Part shown: piece after piece, positions 9,678 through 19,363 of the stretch
How positions within the stretch are numbered: the stretch's first letter is position 1
Layout of the letters: each line of letters begins with the position of its first letter
Assembly: GCA_947479755.1 (NCBI GenBank)
Contig: CANKAM010000015.1
Span: forward strand, 4,441 to 68,440
Direction: 5' to 3'
DNA length: 64,000 nt
DNA from: Bacteroidota bacterium
GTDB taxonomy: Bacteria > Bacteroidota > Bacteroidia > SXHM01
Notes under the pieces: model-generated
Database searches by the model: none
The model's input: only the letters and a program-made list of their open reading frames with translations
What the model was told of the DNA's origin: nothing
Made by a program: the position numbers and the translations under genes

Positions 9678-11741
9678 CTATTTTCCTGCCACTACAATCT
9701 TTTCCGTCACATCCAAATTATCAGAAACTAAATGCAGGAAATAAATACCTGAGCTAAGAGAAGAAATATCTATGATTGATTTTTGACCTTCGACTACGCT
9801 CAGGGTGACAACAACTTGTCCTAATGTATTTCTGATTTCTGATTTTGAGTTTTTGATTCCGTTTGGCAATTGAATATTCAATAGACTTGAGGCAGGATTA
9901 GGATAAATTGAAATTCCTGCTTCCTGTGCTTCGCTGATGCCAACTGAACCCGTAATATTTATGTCATCTATGTAAAGGAAGTTGCCTCCGCCACAAGTGA
10001 ATTCAAATTTAAAACGGACGTTATCTGACGCTGCAACATTGGTTGGCAGGCTTACTTCTACTTCTTTCCACTGGCTTAGTGATGTAGGATAAAGCGGACC
10101 ATTTTGTGCAGTAACAGTTCCTAATGCTGCGTTTGAACTTACCCAGCGCGTTGCCCATGTTTCACCGCAATTAGTAGAAACCTGTACACGCAATCTGTCT
10201 GTATTATCAGTGGTGCGCTGCGCAAATGCATAATTAAAAGTCATAGTAGGATCGGTTACCATACCCAAATTATAACTTGGGCTTATCAAATCATCAACTT
10301 CTCCAACGGTATTTGAATAGTTATTCATTCTTACCGAAGCTGCTCCTGAATATTTATAAGAAGTATTTCTGTCCCACGTGTAAGCCGTTGCATAATTTAC
10401 AATTGTCCAATCGCTTGAGAAACCGGAAGCAGATTCGAATCCTTCGCTGTAAAACTGTGCATTAAACATAGCATCACCGCTTACGTTTACATAATTGGTG
10501 CGAGTGAAACTGTCACTTCCTGTATTGTTGCTTGCAGTAAGTGTTGCACTGTAAGTTCCTGCTGTGTTATAAGTGATAGTTGGATTTTGTTCGGTTGAAG
10601 TTGAAGGTGTTCCTCCGGGAAAAGTCCAATCCCATGAAGTAGCATCACCGCCCCATGAAATGTCGTTATAGGTAATGGTTCCACCTTCGCAAACCTGCTG
10701 AACAGTTGATGCAAAATCTGCAGTTGGTGCGCATATATCCAAAATCAAATCGTTGGTTCCTGTGGCAGTAAGATTAGAACCTGATATAAGTGTTGAACGG
10801 TAATTTGAGAACGTGCTGTTGAAAATATTTTTCTGTCCGTTGGTGAAAGTTATCTGACAATTGTCGTTTGAGTAGTCCATGTAATTCTCAATCATATCAG
10901 GCTTGTCAGGATTTTCGTTGGTGCAGGAGTTGATGCTGAAATCACAACCAAAATTTGCATCAGCAGCTTTTGGTGTATCGCTAACACCATCACCACTTCC
11001 CTGACAACCACCTGAAAATGTGTGGTCAAGGCCAAGGTAATGACCAATTTCGTGTGTCAGTGTTCTGCCTGTTCCACCACTTGTTCCTATTGTTCCAACT
11101 CTGTCAGCACGCACAACAATTCCATCAATTTCAGGACCCCAGTTTACAACATCAGGCAGATAGGCATAACCAAGCGTAATAAATCCGGGCTCGCTTCCTC
11201 CTATAGATTCAACAGTCCAGACATTAAAGTATTTGTTGTTGGGCCAGCGGCTTAATCCTTTTACATTATCGTCTGCATCGGTAGTAAGGCTTGAATACAC
11301 GCGCACAATTCCTTCGGTGCAATTTCCGTTCGGGTCTTTGTTAGCCAAACGAAATTCTATTTCGGAGTTTGCTGAAACGGAAGCAAAAGTGGAACGCAGA
11401 TTTCCCGCATCGGGATTAGTTAAACTGAAGTCCTGATTTAATTGTGTAATGGCAGATTGTATTTGCGCTTTTGAAATGTTTTCAGAACCATTCTGGTGAA
11501 TTACGTGAAAAACCACAGGAATTATTCTGGTAGCTGCACGGTTTTCAATCGGGGTTACATCTGCGTGTGCACGCTCCTGACGGTAGGCTTCGCGTTGTTC
11601 TGCAATTGCAGGGTTTTCTGTAATCTTTTTAGCATACATAAAATCATTGCCGCAACGTGTTTGTTCCTGAGCAATGGAGATTTGTACTGTGAAGAAAAGT
11701 GTAGCAACTACTGCCGTTGAAAAAATGGATTTAAAATTCAT
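9678..11741 (-). CDS. Secreted M43 (ulilysin/pappalysin/cytophagalysin-like) zinc metalloprotease with T9SS C-terminal sorting domain
   Basis: It has a signal peptide and a propeptide. The extended metzincin motif HEIGHYLGLDHTF is followed by a GGC...DTP Met-turn region and beta-sandwich/PKD-like domains. The CTD is ..IYPNPASSLLNIQL..GIYFLHLVSDN..KIVVAGK. Confidence 0.8.
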   Translation of the reverse strand: MNFKSIFSTAVVATLFFTVQISIAQEQTRCGNDFMYAKKITENPAIAEQREAYRQERAHADVTPIENRAATRIIPVVFHVIHQNGSENISKAQIQSAITQLNQDFSLTNPDAGNLRSTFASVSANSEIEFRLANKDPNGNCTEGIVRVYSSLTTDADDNVKGLSRWPNNKYFNVWTVESIGGSEPGFITLGYAYLPDVVNWGPEIDGIVVRADRVGTIGTSGGTGRTLTHEIGHYLGLDHTFSGGCQGSGDGVSDTPKAADANFGCDFSINSCTNENPDKPDMIENYMDYSNDNCQITFTNGQKNIFNSTFSNYRSTLISGSNLTATGTNDLILDICAPTADFASTVQQVCEGGTITYNDISWGGDATSWDWTFPGGTPSTSTEQNPTITYNTAGTYSATLTASNNTGSDSFTRTNYVNVSGDAMFNAQFYSEGFESASGFSSDWTIVNYATAYTWDRNTSYKYSGAASVRMNNYSNTVGEVDDLISPSYNLGMVTDPTMTFNYAFAQRTTDNTDRLRVQVSTNCGETWATRWVSSNAALGTVTAQNGPLYPTSLSQWKEVEVSLPTNVAASDNVRFKFEFTCGGGNFLYIDDINITGSVGISEAQEAGISIYPNPASSLLNIQLPNGIKNSKSEIRNTLGQVVVTLSVVEGQKSIIDISSLSSGIYFLHLVSDNLDVTEKIVVAGK

Positions 11742-11746
11742 GTGAT

Positions 11747-13870
11747 TTAGAAAAATAAAATTTTGCGGACGATGATTGAATTAGTTGTTTTCAGATTCAG
11801 GAAATAAATTCCTGAAGCATGGAGTTCGTTTTTATTAATAACAATAGAATGTGCTCCTTTGTTCAGATTTGAATTAATGATGGTTCTCACATTTTTTCCG
11901 GTAATGTCGTTTACTGAAAGTTCAACCTGTTCATCAGTATTCAATGTAAAGTTTACAAATACAGTATTATCCGAAGGATTTGGAAACACGCTGAAATCGT
12001 TTTCTGAAATTACTTCTTCCACTCCCACAGGACCTGTTAAATTGATATCATCAATGTAAACATTATTACCTCCATCGCTGGTGGCTTCAAACTTAATAAG
12101 CACGTTATCCTGTGTTGCAAAGCTGCTCAGGTTAACCGAAATCTCTTCCCACTGGCTCTGCGCAGTTGGGGTAAATGATGAACTGGATGTACCCACTGTT
12201 GCAAGGTCTGCGCCCGCTTTGTTGTAACGTGTTTGCCATGTTTTTCCGCAGTTGGTTGAAATCATCACTTTCAATCTGTCTTCGCTGGCAGAGGTGAACT
12301 GTGAACCAGGGCGTTGTGCATTCGCCACTTTAAAACGCAATGTTGGCGGTGTGCTGATTGCCGTAAAATCAATAGAAGGAAAAACCAAGGCATCAACTGC
12401 GCCTGTTGTGTTTCCTGTGAAGTTGGAGATTTTCATGCACTTTGAACCGGAGTAAGCAGCGTTAGAAACCTGCTGCCAGGTGGTGGTAACATTTCCTTCG
12501 TTGAAAATCAGCCACTCGTTGTTGGTGTTATCGCCTTCAAAGCCTTCAAAAAACTGCCAGTTGCTGATGGTAGCGTTTTCGGGACTTACATAAATATAAG
12601 AGTTAATGGTTTTTGAATCGTTGCCTTGCGTGTTGGTAACAGTGAGTGAAACATTGTGAAAACCGGGAGTACTGAACTGAATATTTGGCGAAGCACTTGC
12701 TGAGCTTGTCGGGTTTCCGGTTGGGAAACTCCAGGCACGTGTATCAATGGTTCCGTTGTATGAATTGTCTGTAAAGTTGACAAGATCACCCTGACAAACC
12801 ATTGTGTTTTCTGCATAAAAATCGGCAACAGGTGCGCAGGCAACTACAGGTGTTCCATCCGTTCCGGTTGCAATAAGATTTGCAGATGAAACCAAGTCTT
12901 CACGGGTTCCGGTAAGCGTTGCATCAAACACATCTTTTTGTCCGAGGGTAAATATATTCATGCACTCGTCATTGGCGTAGTCCATGTAATTTTCAATCAT
13001 GTCGGGCAGGTCGGGATTATCATTTGTGCATGAGTTTGCAGTAGTATCACAACCAAAACTTGCATCAGCAACAGGAGGTGTGTCATCTATCTGCTCACCG
13101 AAGAAACCTCCGGTGCAACCACCCTGAAAGGTGTGAAACAAACCAAGGTAATGTCCTATTTCGTGGGTCAATGTTCTTCCTGTTCCGCCTATTTGCTGGT
13201 TCACATTTTCTATGGTTCCTATACAATCGGCACGCACAACAATACCATCGTTGCCACCACCGCCAAAACCGGGAAGTGATGAAAATCCAAGGGTAACTCC
13301 TCCTGATGTTCCATCTGATGCGATGGTGCGAACTACCCAGATGTTAAGATATTTGGTATTGTCCCACCAGATCAGGCCTTTTACATTATCACCTGCATTG
13401 CTGGTTTGTGCTGAAAAGGTGCGGGTAATTCCTTCGGTGCAATTTCCATCGGGGTCAAGTTGTGCCAAACGGAAATTGATATTAGGATTTGCTGCAACGG
13501 GTTTAAAAATATCGCGGGTATTCACGGTATCTGCATTGGTGCGGGTAAAATCTTCATTCAATACGCGTATCTGATCTTCAAGCTGTGCTTTTGAAATATT
13601 CTCCGTGCCTCCTTCGTGTATTACGTGAAAAACAACGGGGATATAACGCAAAGGATTGCCGCCTCTTAAACCTGCTTCACGCTCTTCTTTTATTATGCGT
13701 GCATTTTCAAAAAGGCGTGAATAGTTTTGTAAAGCTTCGGGGCTTTCCAGTAAATGTTTGGTTACTTTTTCATCGGTTGCGCACCGGTTTACTTGTTGGG
13801 CAGTGGTGCTGTTCAGTATGCAAAAAACAGAAAAGGCGAGGGCGGTAATTCGGGTAAAAGAGAAGTGCAT
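11747..13870 (-). CDS. Secreted M43 zinc metalloprotease, a tandem paralogue of 9678..11741, with T9SS CTD
   Basis: It has the same architecture as its neighbour: IPVVFHVIH..GTENISKAQ, HEIGHYLGLFHTF, and the CTD ..VFPNPSDNTVFVNF..GIYFLNLKTTNSIIVRKILFF. Confidence 0.8.
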   Translation of the reverse strand: MHFSFTRITALAFSVFCILNSTTAQQVNRCATDEKVTKHLLESPEALQNYSRLFENARIIKEEREAGLRGGNPLRYIPVVFHVIHEGGTENISKAQLEDQIRVLNEDFTRTNADTVNTRDIFKPVAANPNINFRLAQLDPDGNCTEGITRTFSAQTSNAGDNVKGLIWWDNTKYLNIWVVRTIASDGTSGGVTLGFSSLPGFGGGGNDGIVVRADCIGTIENVNQQIGGTGRTLTHEIGHYLGLFHTFQGGCTGGFFGEQIDDTPPVADASFGCDTTANSCTNDNPDLPDMIENYMDYANDECMNIFTLGQKDVFDATLTGTREDLVSSANLIATGTDGTPVVACAPVADFYAENTMVCQGDLVNFTDNSYNGTIDTRAWSFPTGNPTSSASASPNIQFSTPGFHNVSLTVTNTQGNDSKTINSYIYVSPENATISNWQFFEGFEGDNTNNEWLIFNEGNVTTTWQQVSNAAYSGSKCMKISNFTGNTTGAVDALVFPSIDFTAISTPPTLRFKVANAQRPGSQFTSASEDRLKVMISTNCGKTWQTRYNKAGADLATVGTSSSSFTPTAQSQWEEISVNLSSFATQDNVLIKFEATSDGGNNVYIDDINLTGPVGVEEVISENDFSVFPNPSDNTVFVNFTLNTDEQVELSVNDITGKNVRTIINSNLNKGAHSIVINKNELHASGIYFLNLKTTNSIIVRKILFF

Positions 13871-14024
13871 TCGTGAGATTTAAAGATATAAATACTGTTA
13901 CTTACGTTTGGCGGCAATCTTTGTCCGACAAGCGGTTAGCCCCTTTTTTGTTGAGGCGCACGAAGATAGCACTATTCTTAAATCTTGTTAAGAAATGTTA
14001 AAAATCATGAGCATATTTGCAGGT

Positions 14025-15287
14025 ATGAAAAAACTACTTTTTATTCTTCTGATTCTCCCTTCGTTTGTTTTCGCGCAAAACAAGGTTCTTTGTCCTACTC
14101 CGCCCATGGGCTGGAATAGCTGGAACGTGTTTGCTTCTGACATCAACGAAAAAATTGTGATGGAAATTGCTGATGCCATGGTGAGCACAGGCATGAGCAA
14201 GATAGGTTATGAATACATTAACATTGATGATTACTGGCATGCCGACACGCGCGCTGTTGACGGCAAACCATTAGTCGACACCTTGAAATTTCCACATGGC
14301 ATGAAATACCTTGCCGATTATGTTCACAGCAAAGGTTTGAAACTGGGCATTTATTCCTGCGCAGGAAACATGACCTGCGGCAGAAGATTTGGCGGCTATA
14401 ATTATGAAGAGATTGATGCAAAAGCCTATGCCGAGTGGGGAATTGATTTATTGAAATACGATTACTGTTATGCTCCCGCTTCACGCAAAGCAGCTGTTGA
14501 GCGCTATACCAAAATGGGAACAGCTTTAAAAAATTCGGGCCGCGATATTGTATTCAGTGTGTGCGAATGGGGTGTGCGCAAACCCTGGCTTTGGGGTGCC
14601 GAAGCAGGCGGAAGCTACTGGCGCACCACCCCCGATATTTTTGATGTATGGAGTGGCGGAAATCTATGGATGATGAGCGTGATGAAAATTCTGAAACGCC
14701 AGCAAGGTTTGGAAAAATATGCAGGGCCCGGCCACTGGAATGACCCCGATATGCTTACCGTTGGCAACTACGGAACGGGCAAAGCCACCTCAGCAAAGGG
14801 TCTGTACAAAGGCATGAACGATACCGAATACCAGAGCGAAATGAGTATGTGGTGTATGTTAAACTCACCCTTGCTGGCAAGCTGCGATTTGCGCAGTATG
14901 AACGAGGCTACGAGGAACATTCTTACCAACCCCGAGATTATTGCCATCAATCAGGATAAGCTGGGCGAGCAGGCAACGCTAATACATAAAGCCGGAAAAA
15001 TATGGGTGTACCGTAAAAAGCTGGAAGGCGGAAAATGGGCGGTTGCTGTTTTAAACACTTCGGGAAAAGAAGAAACGTTTGAACTCAACACCAAAATGCT
15101 GGACATAGATGGCATCTGGAAAACAGTTGATGTCTGGCAACAGAAAGAAGCAGGACTTCTTTCGCCTGAACCAACAAAGGGACAAACGGGCGAACTGATT
15201 GTGCCTGGAAGTATTTCGCTTACGGTGAAGCCACACGAAACGGTGGTGCTGAGGTTAGAGAAGTTTGTGGCGAAGGTGGGGTATTAG
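14025..15287 (+). CDS. Alpha-galactosidase / alpha-N-acetylgalactosaminidase, glycoside hydrolase family 27
   Basis: A signal peptide is followed by the GH27 signature TPPMGWNSWN and then ..DDYW..KLGIY..C. The ORF opens at 13995, but the start is probably MKKLLFILL at 14025. Confidence 0.85.
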   Translation: MKKLLFILLILPSFVFAQNKVLCPTPPMGWNSWNVFASDINEKIVMEIADAMVSTGMSKIGYEYINIDDYWHADTRAVDGKPLVDTLKFPHGMKYLADYVHSKGLKLGIYSCAGNMTCGRRFGGYNYEEIDAKAYAEWGIDLLKYDYCYAPASRKAAVERYTKMGTALKNSGRDIVFSVCEWGVRKPWLWGAEAGGSYWRTTPDIFDVWSGGNLWMMSVMKILKRQQGLEKYAGPGHWNDPDMLTVGNYGTGKATSAKGLYKGMNDTEYQSEMSMWCMLNSPLLASCDLRSMNEATRNILTNPEIIAINQDKLGEQATLIHKAGKIWVYRKKLEGGKWAVAVLNTSGKEETFELNTKMLDIDGIWKTVDVWQQKEAGLLSPEPTKGQTGELIVPGSISLTVKPHETVVLRLEKFVAKVGY

Positions 15288-15440
15288 GATTCTTTAACCG
15301 CAAAGTGCGCAAAGGTTAATAGCTGCCTAAACACAAAGAGCGCAAAGCAATACAACCCTTTGCCTTTTCTTTGCGGTTTTTCTTTGCGTGCTTTGCGGTT
15401 AAACTCTTCTTTTTTACTTTTACAGCAAAATCCCATTCCC

Positions 15441-16145
15441 ATGAGCCAAGAAGAAACATCCCACCTCAAGGCAGAAATTGCCCGTCTCAACAAGATTATT
15501 AATGTGTTGTTGGAACAAAACGATGCTATTAAGGCAACTTACTCCCAACTGCTTCTTCGTTTTGAGGCAAATAATCCGACTGATAGGAAAACCTATACCC
15601 ACTTGGGACTAAGCACGTCAGTTCAATCCCAATCGTCAACCCACTTGGGATTAAGCACGCCAACTCAATCCCAACTGCCAACAGACTTGGGAATAAACCA
15701 AGCAACACAATCCCAACTGCCAACCGACTTAGGACTAAACACAGCAACTCAATCCCAGCTGCCAACCGACTTGGGAATGAGTAGGCCGCTTCATCCCGAA
15801 TCGCCAACACCTCTTCCTCTGAAACAAGAAACTATAGTTTTGCCCGAACAGATTGTTCCATCCAACACCCTGTTTGCATCCGTAGCACAGAAACTAGGGG
15901 CAGCGGGTTTCACGCGTGTAAAGAGCGGCACGCTCCAAACGGCAGCGCAACTGTTTATTCATTTTCATAACGGGGGCAATGCCGATTATGCAGGTTTGCA
16001 ACAACTCACCGGCTACTCGGCAGGCGGATTGAGCAAACTCCTGATAACCCTTCGCAAGCGCGGATTTATTCAACGCACCGGCTACGGCAAATATGGCTTA
16101 ACCGAGAGCGGAAAAACTATTTTAGCCCAAGCATTAACAACATAA
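15441..16145 (+). CDS. Hypothetical protein: N-terminal coiled coil, a 14-aa T/Q/S-rich tandem-repeat linker, and a C-terminal winged-helix-like domain
   Basis: The ORF is 15360..16145 and the likely start is MSQEETSHLK at 15441. The protein repeat THLGLS..QSQLP / TDLG..TQSQLP is encoded by 42-bp DNA tandem repeats. The C-terminus ..LRKRGFIQRTGYGKYGLTESGK.. is MarR/wHTH-like. Confidence 0.4.
   Translation: MSQEETSHLKAEIARLNKIINVLLEQNDAIKATYSQLLLRFEANNPTDRKTYTHLGLSTSVQSQSSTHLGLSTPTQSQLPTDLGINQATQSQLPTDLGLNTATQSQLPTDLGMSRPLHPESPTPLPLKQETIVLPEQIVPSNTLFASVAQKLGAAGFTRVKSGTLQTAAQLFIHFHNGGNADYAGLQQLTGYSAGGLSKLLITLRKRGFIQRTGYGKYGLTESGKTILAQALTT
15597..15785 (+). repeat. 42-bp tandem repeat x about 4.5 within the CDS
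   Basis: The units begin at 15597, 15639, 15681, 15723 and 15765 (partial). The consensus is ACCSACTTGGGAMTAARCACRBCARCTCAATCCCAACTGCCA. Confidence 0.8.
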
Positions 16146-16156
16146 TATCCTATACC

Positions 16157-16597
16157 ATGCTCACCCAACCAATCCGCGACCTCTACCTCCGCGACCTCAA
16201 CAAACTGAAAGAAGAAATCGCGCTCTTCAAAAACGAAACAGAACTTTGGCACACGCAAGGCGATGTAAAAAACTCACCCGGAAATCTTGCCCTGCACCTT
16301 ACCGGAAACATCAAACATTTTATTGGTGCTGTACTCGGAAATAGTGGCTATGTGCGTGAACGCGAAAAAGAATTTGGTGATAAAAACATACCCCGCGAAA
16401 AAATAATTGCCGGAATTGATGAAGCAATTGAAGTTTTAAATTCAACACTTTCAAAATTTACTGACGAAGATTTGCAGAAAAATTTTCCAATCGAATTTAT
16501 GGGTAAACAACACAGCATAGTTGAAATGCTTTTCTTTTTCTTCGGGCATTTAAATTATCACCTGGGTCAGATAAATTATCAGCGAAGGTTACTTTAG
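16157..16597 (+). CDS. DinB-family (DinB_2/DUF1572-like four-helix bundle) protein
   Basis: The 146-aa protein has a helical H..H pattern (HLTGNIKHF..., ..GHLNYHLGQI) typical of DinB/YfiT-like metal-binding bundles. Confidence 0.5.
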   Translation: MLTQPIRDLYLRDLNKLKEEIALFKNETELWHTQGDVKNSPGNLALHLTGNIKHFIGAVLGNSGYVREREKEFGDKNIPREKIIAGIDEAIEVLNSTLSKFTDEDLQKNFPIEFMGKQHSIVEMLFFFFGHLNYHLGQINYQRRLL

Positions 16598-16647
16598 CTG
16601 CTGACCGTAAGCGATTTCGGCTTACTTTAGCGTCCCCTAAAAAAATC

Positions 16648-18981
16648 GTGAATATCGGCACTAAACCATTTCTTGCATTTTTCTGTTCATGGATTTTTAT
16701 CCATTCTGCTCACGCGCAGCAGTTTTCGCAAACTGTGCGTGGCCGCGTAATTGATGCCGAAAGCCATGCAAGTCTGCCCGGAGCTACAGTAGTTATAACC
16801 ACACTTACGCCCGTTATGGGCACCGCAACTGATATAGACGGGTATTTCCGTTTTGAAAAAGTACCGGTTGGGCGCCAGGATATTAAGGTCAATTACATAG
16901 GCTACAAAGAGCAATTTCTTTCTCAGGTATTAGTAGGTTCAGGCAAAGAAATAGTACTGGAAATAATGCTCGAAGAATCAATAAAAAAACTGAACGAAGT
17001 AGTTATCAAATCACGTGAAGAAGGAAGTGAAGCGGTAAACGAAATGGCCACGATAAGTTCACGCTCCTTCTCCGTAGAACAAACCGGAAAATTTGCCGCT
17101 ACAGGTGATGACCCTGCGCGACTGGCTATGTCATTTGCAGGCGTAAGCACGCAAGACGATCTCTTTAATCAAATCGTTATCCGTGGAAATTCTCCCCGCG
17201 GCTTATTATGGAAACTGGAAGGAATCGAGATACCGAATCCAAATCATTTGGCACAGGAAGGAGGAAGCGGTGGTACTGTCAGCATGCTGAGTAATAATGT
17301 GCTTGGCTCTTCTGATTTTTTAACCTCAGCATTCCCTGCTGAATACGGCAATGCAAGTTCAGGCGTATTTGATCTTCACATGAAAAAGGGCAACAACGAA
17401 AAACGTGAATATGCCATCCAACTGGGAACACTTGGTCTGGAAGCAGCTCTTGAAGGTCCTTTTATTAAAGGTAAAAAATCATCTTACCTTATTAATTACC
17501 GCTACTCTACCTTATCGGTAATTGAGGCTACGGGTTACAAAATAACAGGTGATATCCGCATCGGTTTCCAGGATTTGAATTATAATTTTTTCTTCCCAAC
17601 TAAAAAGTTCGGAACATTTACAGTTTATGGCGTGGGAGGCTTAAGCTGGTCAAAAATTGACAAGCAGAAAACCTACAATAAAATACCATATACAGACCGC
17701 GGCATAAGCGGTTATAATATGGGGGCAGCAGGGCTTACCCATACCTTTTTCTTCAATGACAAGACCTGGATAAAAACCGTTTTATCTGCATCGGGATACG
17801 ATGCAAGCTGGCAGCAGGGCAACTGGACTAACAACACTTATGATCAGTATTACCGCTCTGATTTTATTAATAAGTATGCGCGTGCTGCAACTCAGCTCAA
17901 CACAAAATTTGATGCTAAAAATTCCATTCGCGCAGGAGCTATTTTCAGTTTGCTTTACTATACCAATAGCTGGGAAAATAATTACTACCAAATCTCTGAC
18001 AAAACAAACGGTAGTAGTTCTTTTACGCAAGCATACGCTCAATGGAAGCACCGCTTTACTGAAAAGCTGGCTTTGATTTCAGGAATGCATTATTCCTATT
18101 ATGCGTTAAATAAATCTTCTTATTTCGAGCCGCGCCTCGGTCTTGTGTGGGATGCCACCACGCGAAATTCATTCAGTCTGGGCGCAGGTTTGCACAGCCG
18201 CCTTGAACCACTTGGTACTTATATGTTGCCCTTTAACTATAAAGGAAATTCCATTACAAATTCAGCGCTAACACTTACCCGCGCCTTTCATGCAGTTGTT
18301 GGTCATACCACCAAACTTGCAAAAACACTCACGTTCAAAACAGAGGTATATTTCCAATACCTCTATAATGTGCCAATTGACATAAAAGGCAGTAAATATT
18401 ACTCTACCATAAACAGTGATGACGAGAACAAACAAACCATAATGCAAAATAATGGTTTTGGAAAAAATTACGGTGTTGAATTTACATTGGACAAACGCCT
18501 GGCAGGTAAATGGTATTTGTTGCACACCATTTCATTATACCAATCTAAATACATGCCGCGCAATGGCGAATGGCTTAGCACCCGTTACAACGGAAATTTC
18601 ATTATCAACTTAACCGCAGGAAAAGATTTTGCTGTCGGCAAAAAGAAAAACGATTTGTTCAGTATCAACATTCGTGCTTTCTGGGGTGGTGGCAATCGCT
18701 ACATTCCTATTGATCTTTCACAATCACAACAGAAGGGTGATGAAGTAAAAATTTATTCATTAGGTTATGCAGACAGGGGAGCTAATTATTATCGGATTGA
18801 TGCAGGTGTGAGTTTCCGAAAAAACAAACCTAACTGGGCCTGGATGATAAAAGTAGACATTCAGAATGTGACCAATCATCTGAACGAAATCACCAGAAAT
18901 TACGACCCCGACAAACAGGCAATTGTCCCCGTTACACATTTAGGAATTCTTCCTGCATTGAAATACAGGGTAGAGTTTTAA
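16648..18981 (+). CDS. TonB-dependent receptor (carboxypeptidase-regulatory-like N-domain + plug + 22-strand barrel)
   Basis: A signal peptide is followed by ..VRGRVIDAESHASLPGATVV.., a plug region (NEVVIKS..), a barrel, and a C-terminal ..LKYRVEF aromatic terminus. It is a paralogue of 23971..26325. Confidence 0.85.
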   Translation: MNIGTKPFLAFFCSWIFIHSAHAQQFSQTVRGRVIDAESHASLPGATVVITTLTPVMGTATDIDGYFRFEKVPVGRQDIKVNYIGYKEQFLSQVLVGSGKEIVLEIMLEESIKKLNEVVIKSREEGSEAVNEMATISSRSFSVEQTGKFAATGDDPARLAMSFAGVSTQDDLFNQIVIRGNSPRGLLWKLEGIEIPNPNHLAQEGGSGGTVSMLSNNVLGSSDFLTSAFPAEYGNASSGVFDLHMKKGNNEKREYAIQLGTLGLEAALEGPFIKGKKSSYLINYRYSTLSVIEATGYKITGDIRIGFQDLNYNFFFPTKKFGTFTVYGVGGLSWSKIDKQKTYNKIPYTDRGISGYNMGAAGLTHTFFFNDKTWIKTVLSASGYDASWQQGNWTNNTYDQYYRSDFINKYARAATQLNTKFDAKNSIRAGAIFSLLYYTNSWENNYYQISDKTNGSSSFTQAYAQWKHRFTEKLALISGMHYSYYALNKSSYFEPRLGLVWDATTRNSFSLGAGLHSRLEPLGTYMLPFNYKGNSITNSALTLTRAFHAVVGHTTKLAKTLTFKTEVYFQYLYNVPIDIKGSKYYSTINSDDENKQTIMQNNGFGKNYGVEFTLDKRLAGKWYLLHTISLYQSKYMPRNGEWLSTRYNGNFIINLTAGKDFAVGKKKNDLFSINIRAFWGGGNRYIPIDLSQSQQKGDEVKIYSLGYADRGANYYRIDAGVSFRKNKPNWAWMIKVDIQNVTNHLNEITRNYDPDKQAIVPVTHLGILPALKYRVEF

Positions 18982-19332
18982 TTAATCTCTTTCAACAGGC
19001 GAAGATGAAACCTGATTAGTTGCATCAATAATTATTTCATATTCCCAGCAATCAACCATAGTAACTGTAATCATCGTATCGCCAGGCATACCCTGAACAG
19101 CAACTGTAAACTCAGTATTACCTGAAGCAAATGAACTCCATGCAGAAACCTGCCCCGACTCAATATTGTTGATATTTTCAGTGCTTCCACCGGAAGTTTT
19201 TATTTGTACGCTTGCTTTATCTGTACCATTATTTACGATACGGGCTCTTGGGTCTTCATTCTCGCAGGGCTGGTTACAGGCAGAGATGAGCAGGGAAATA
19301 ATAATTGATGTTAGAAAAAGAAATTGCTTCAT
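18982..19332 (-). CDS. Small hypothetical lipoprotein
   Basis: It has a lipobox-like signal (LISAC), is 116 aa, and abuts the TBDR stop with zero spacing (convergent). Confidence 0.45.
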   Translation of the reverse strand: MKQFLFLTSIIISLLISACNQPCENEDPRARIVNNGTDKASVQIKTSGGSTENINNIESGQVSAWSSFASGNTEFTVAVQGMPGDTMITVTMVDCWEYEIIIDATNQVSSSPVERD

Positions 19333-19363
19333 TTTAGTGTTTTAAATTTTGGCAAAGGTGCAA

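Noticed and set aside
15360-15440. N-terminal extension of the repeat-containing ORF (MPFLCGFSLRALRLNSSFLLLQQNPIP)
   Set aside because: The translation is low-complexity and probably read-through of promoter DNA. The MSQEETSHLK start at 15441 is more plausible.
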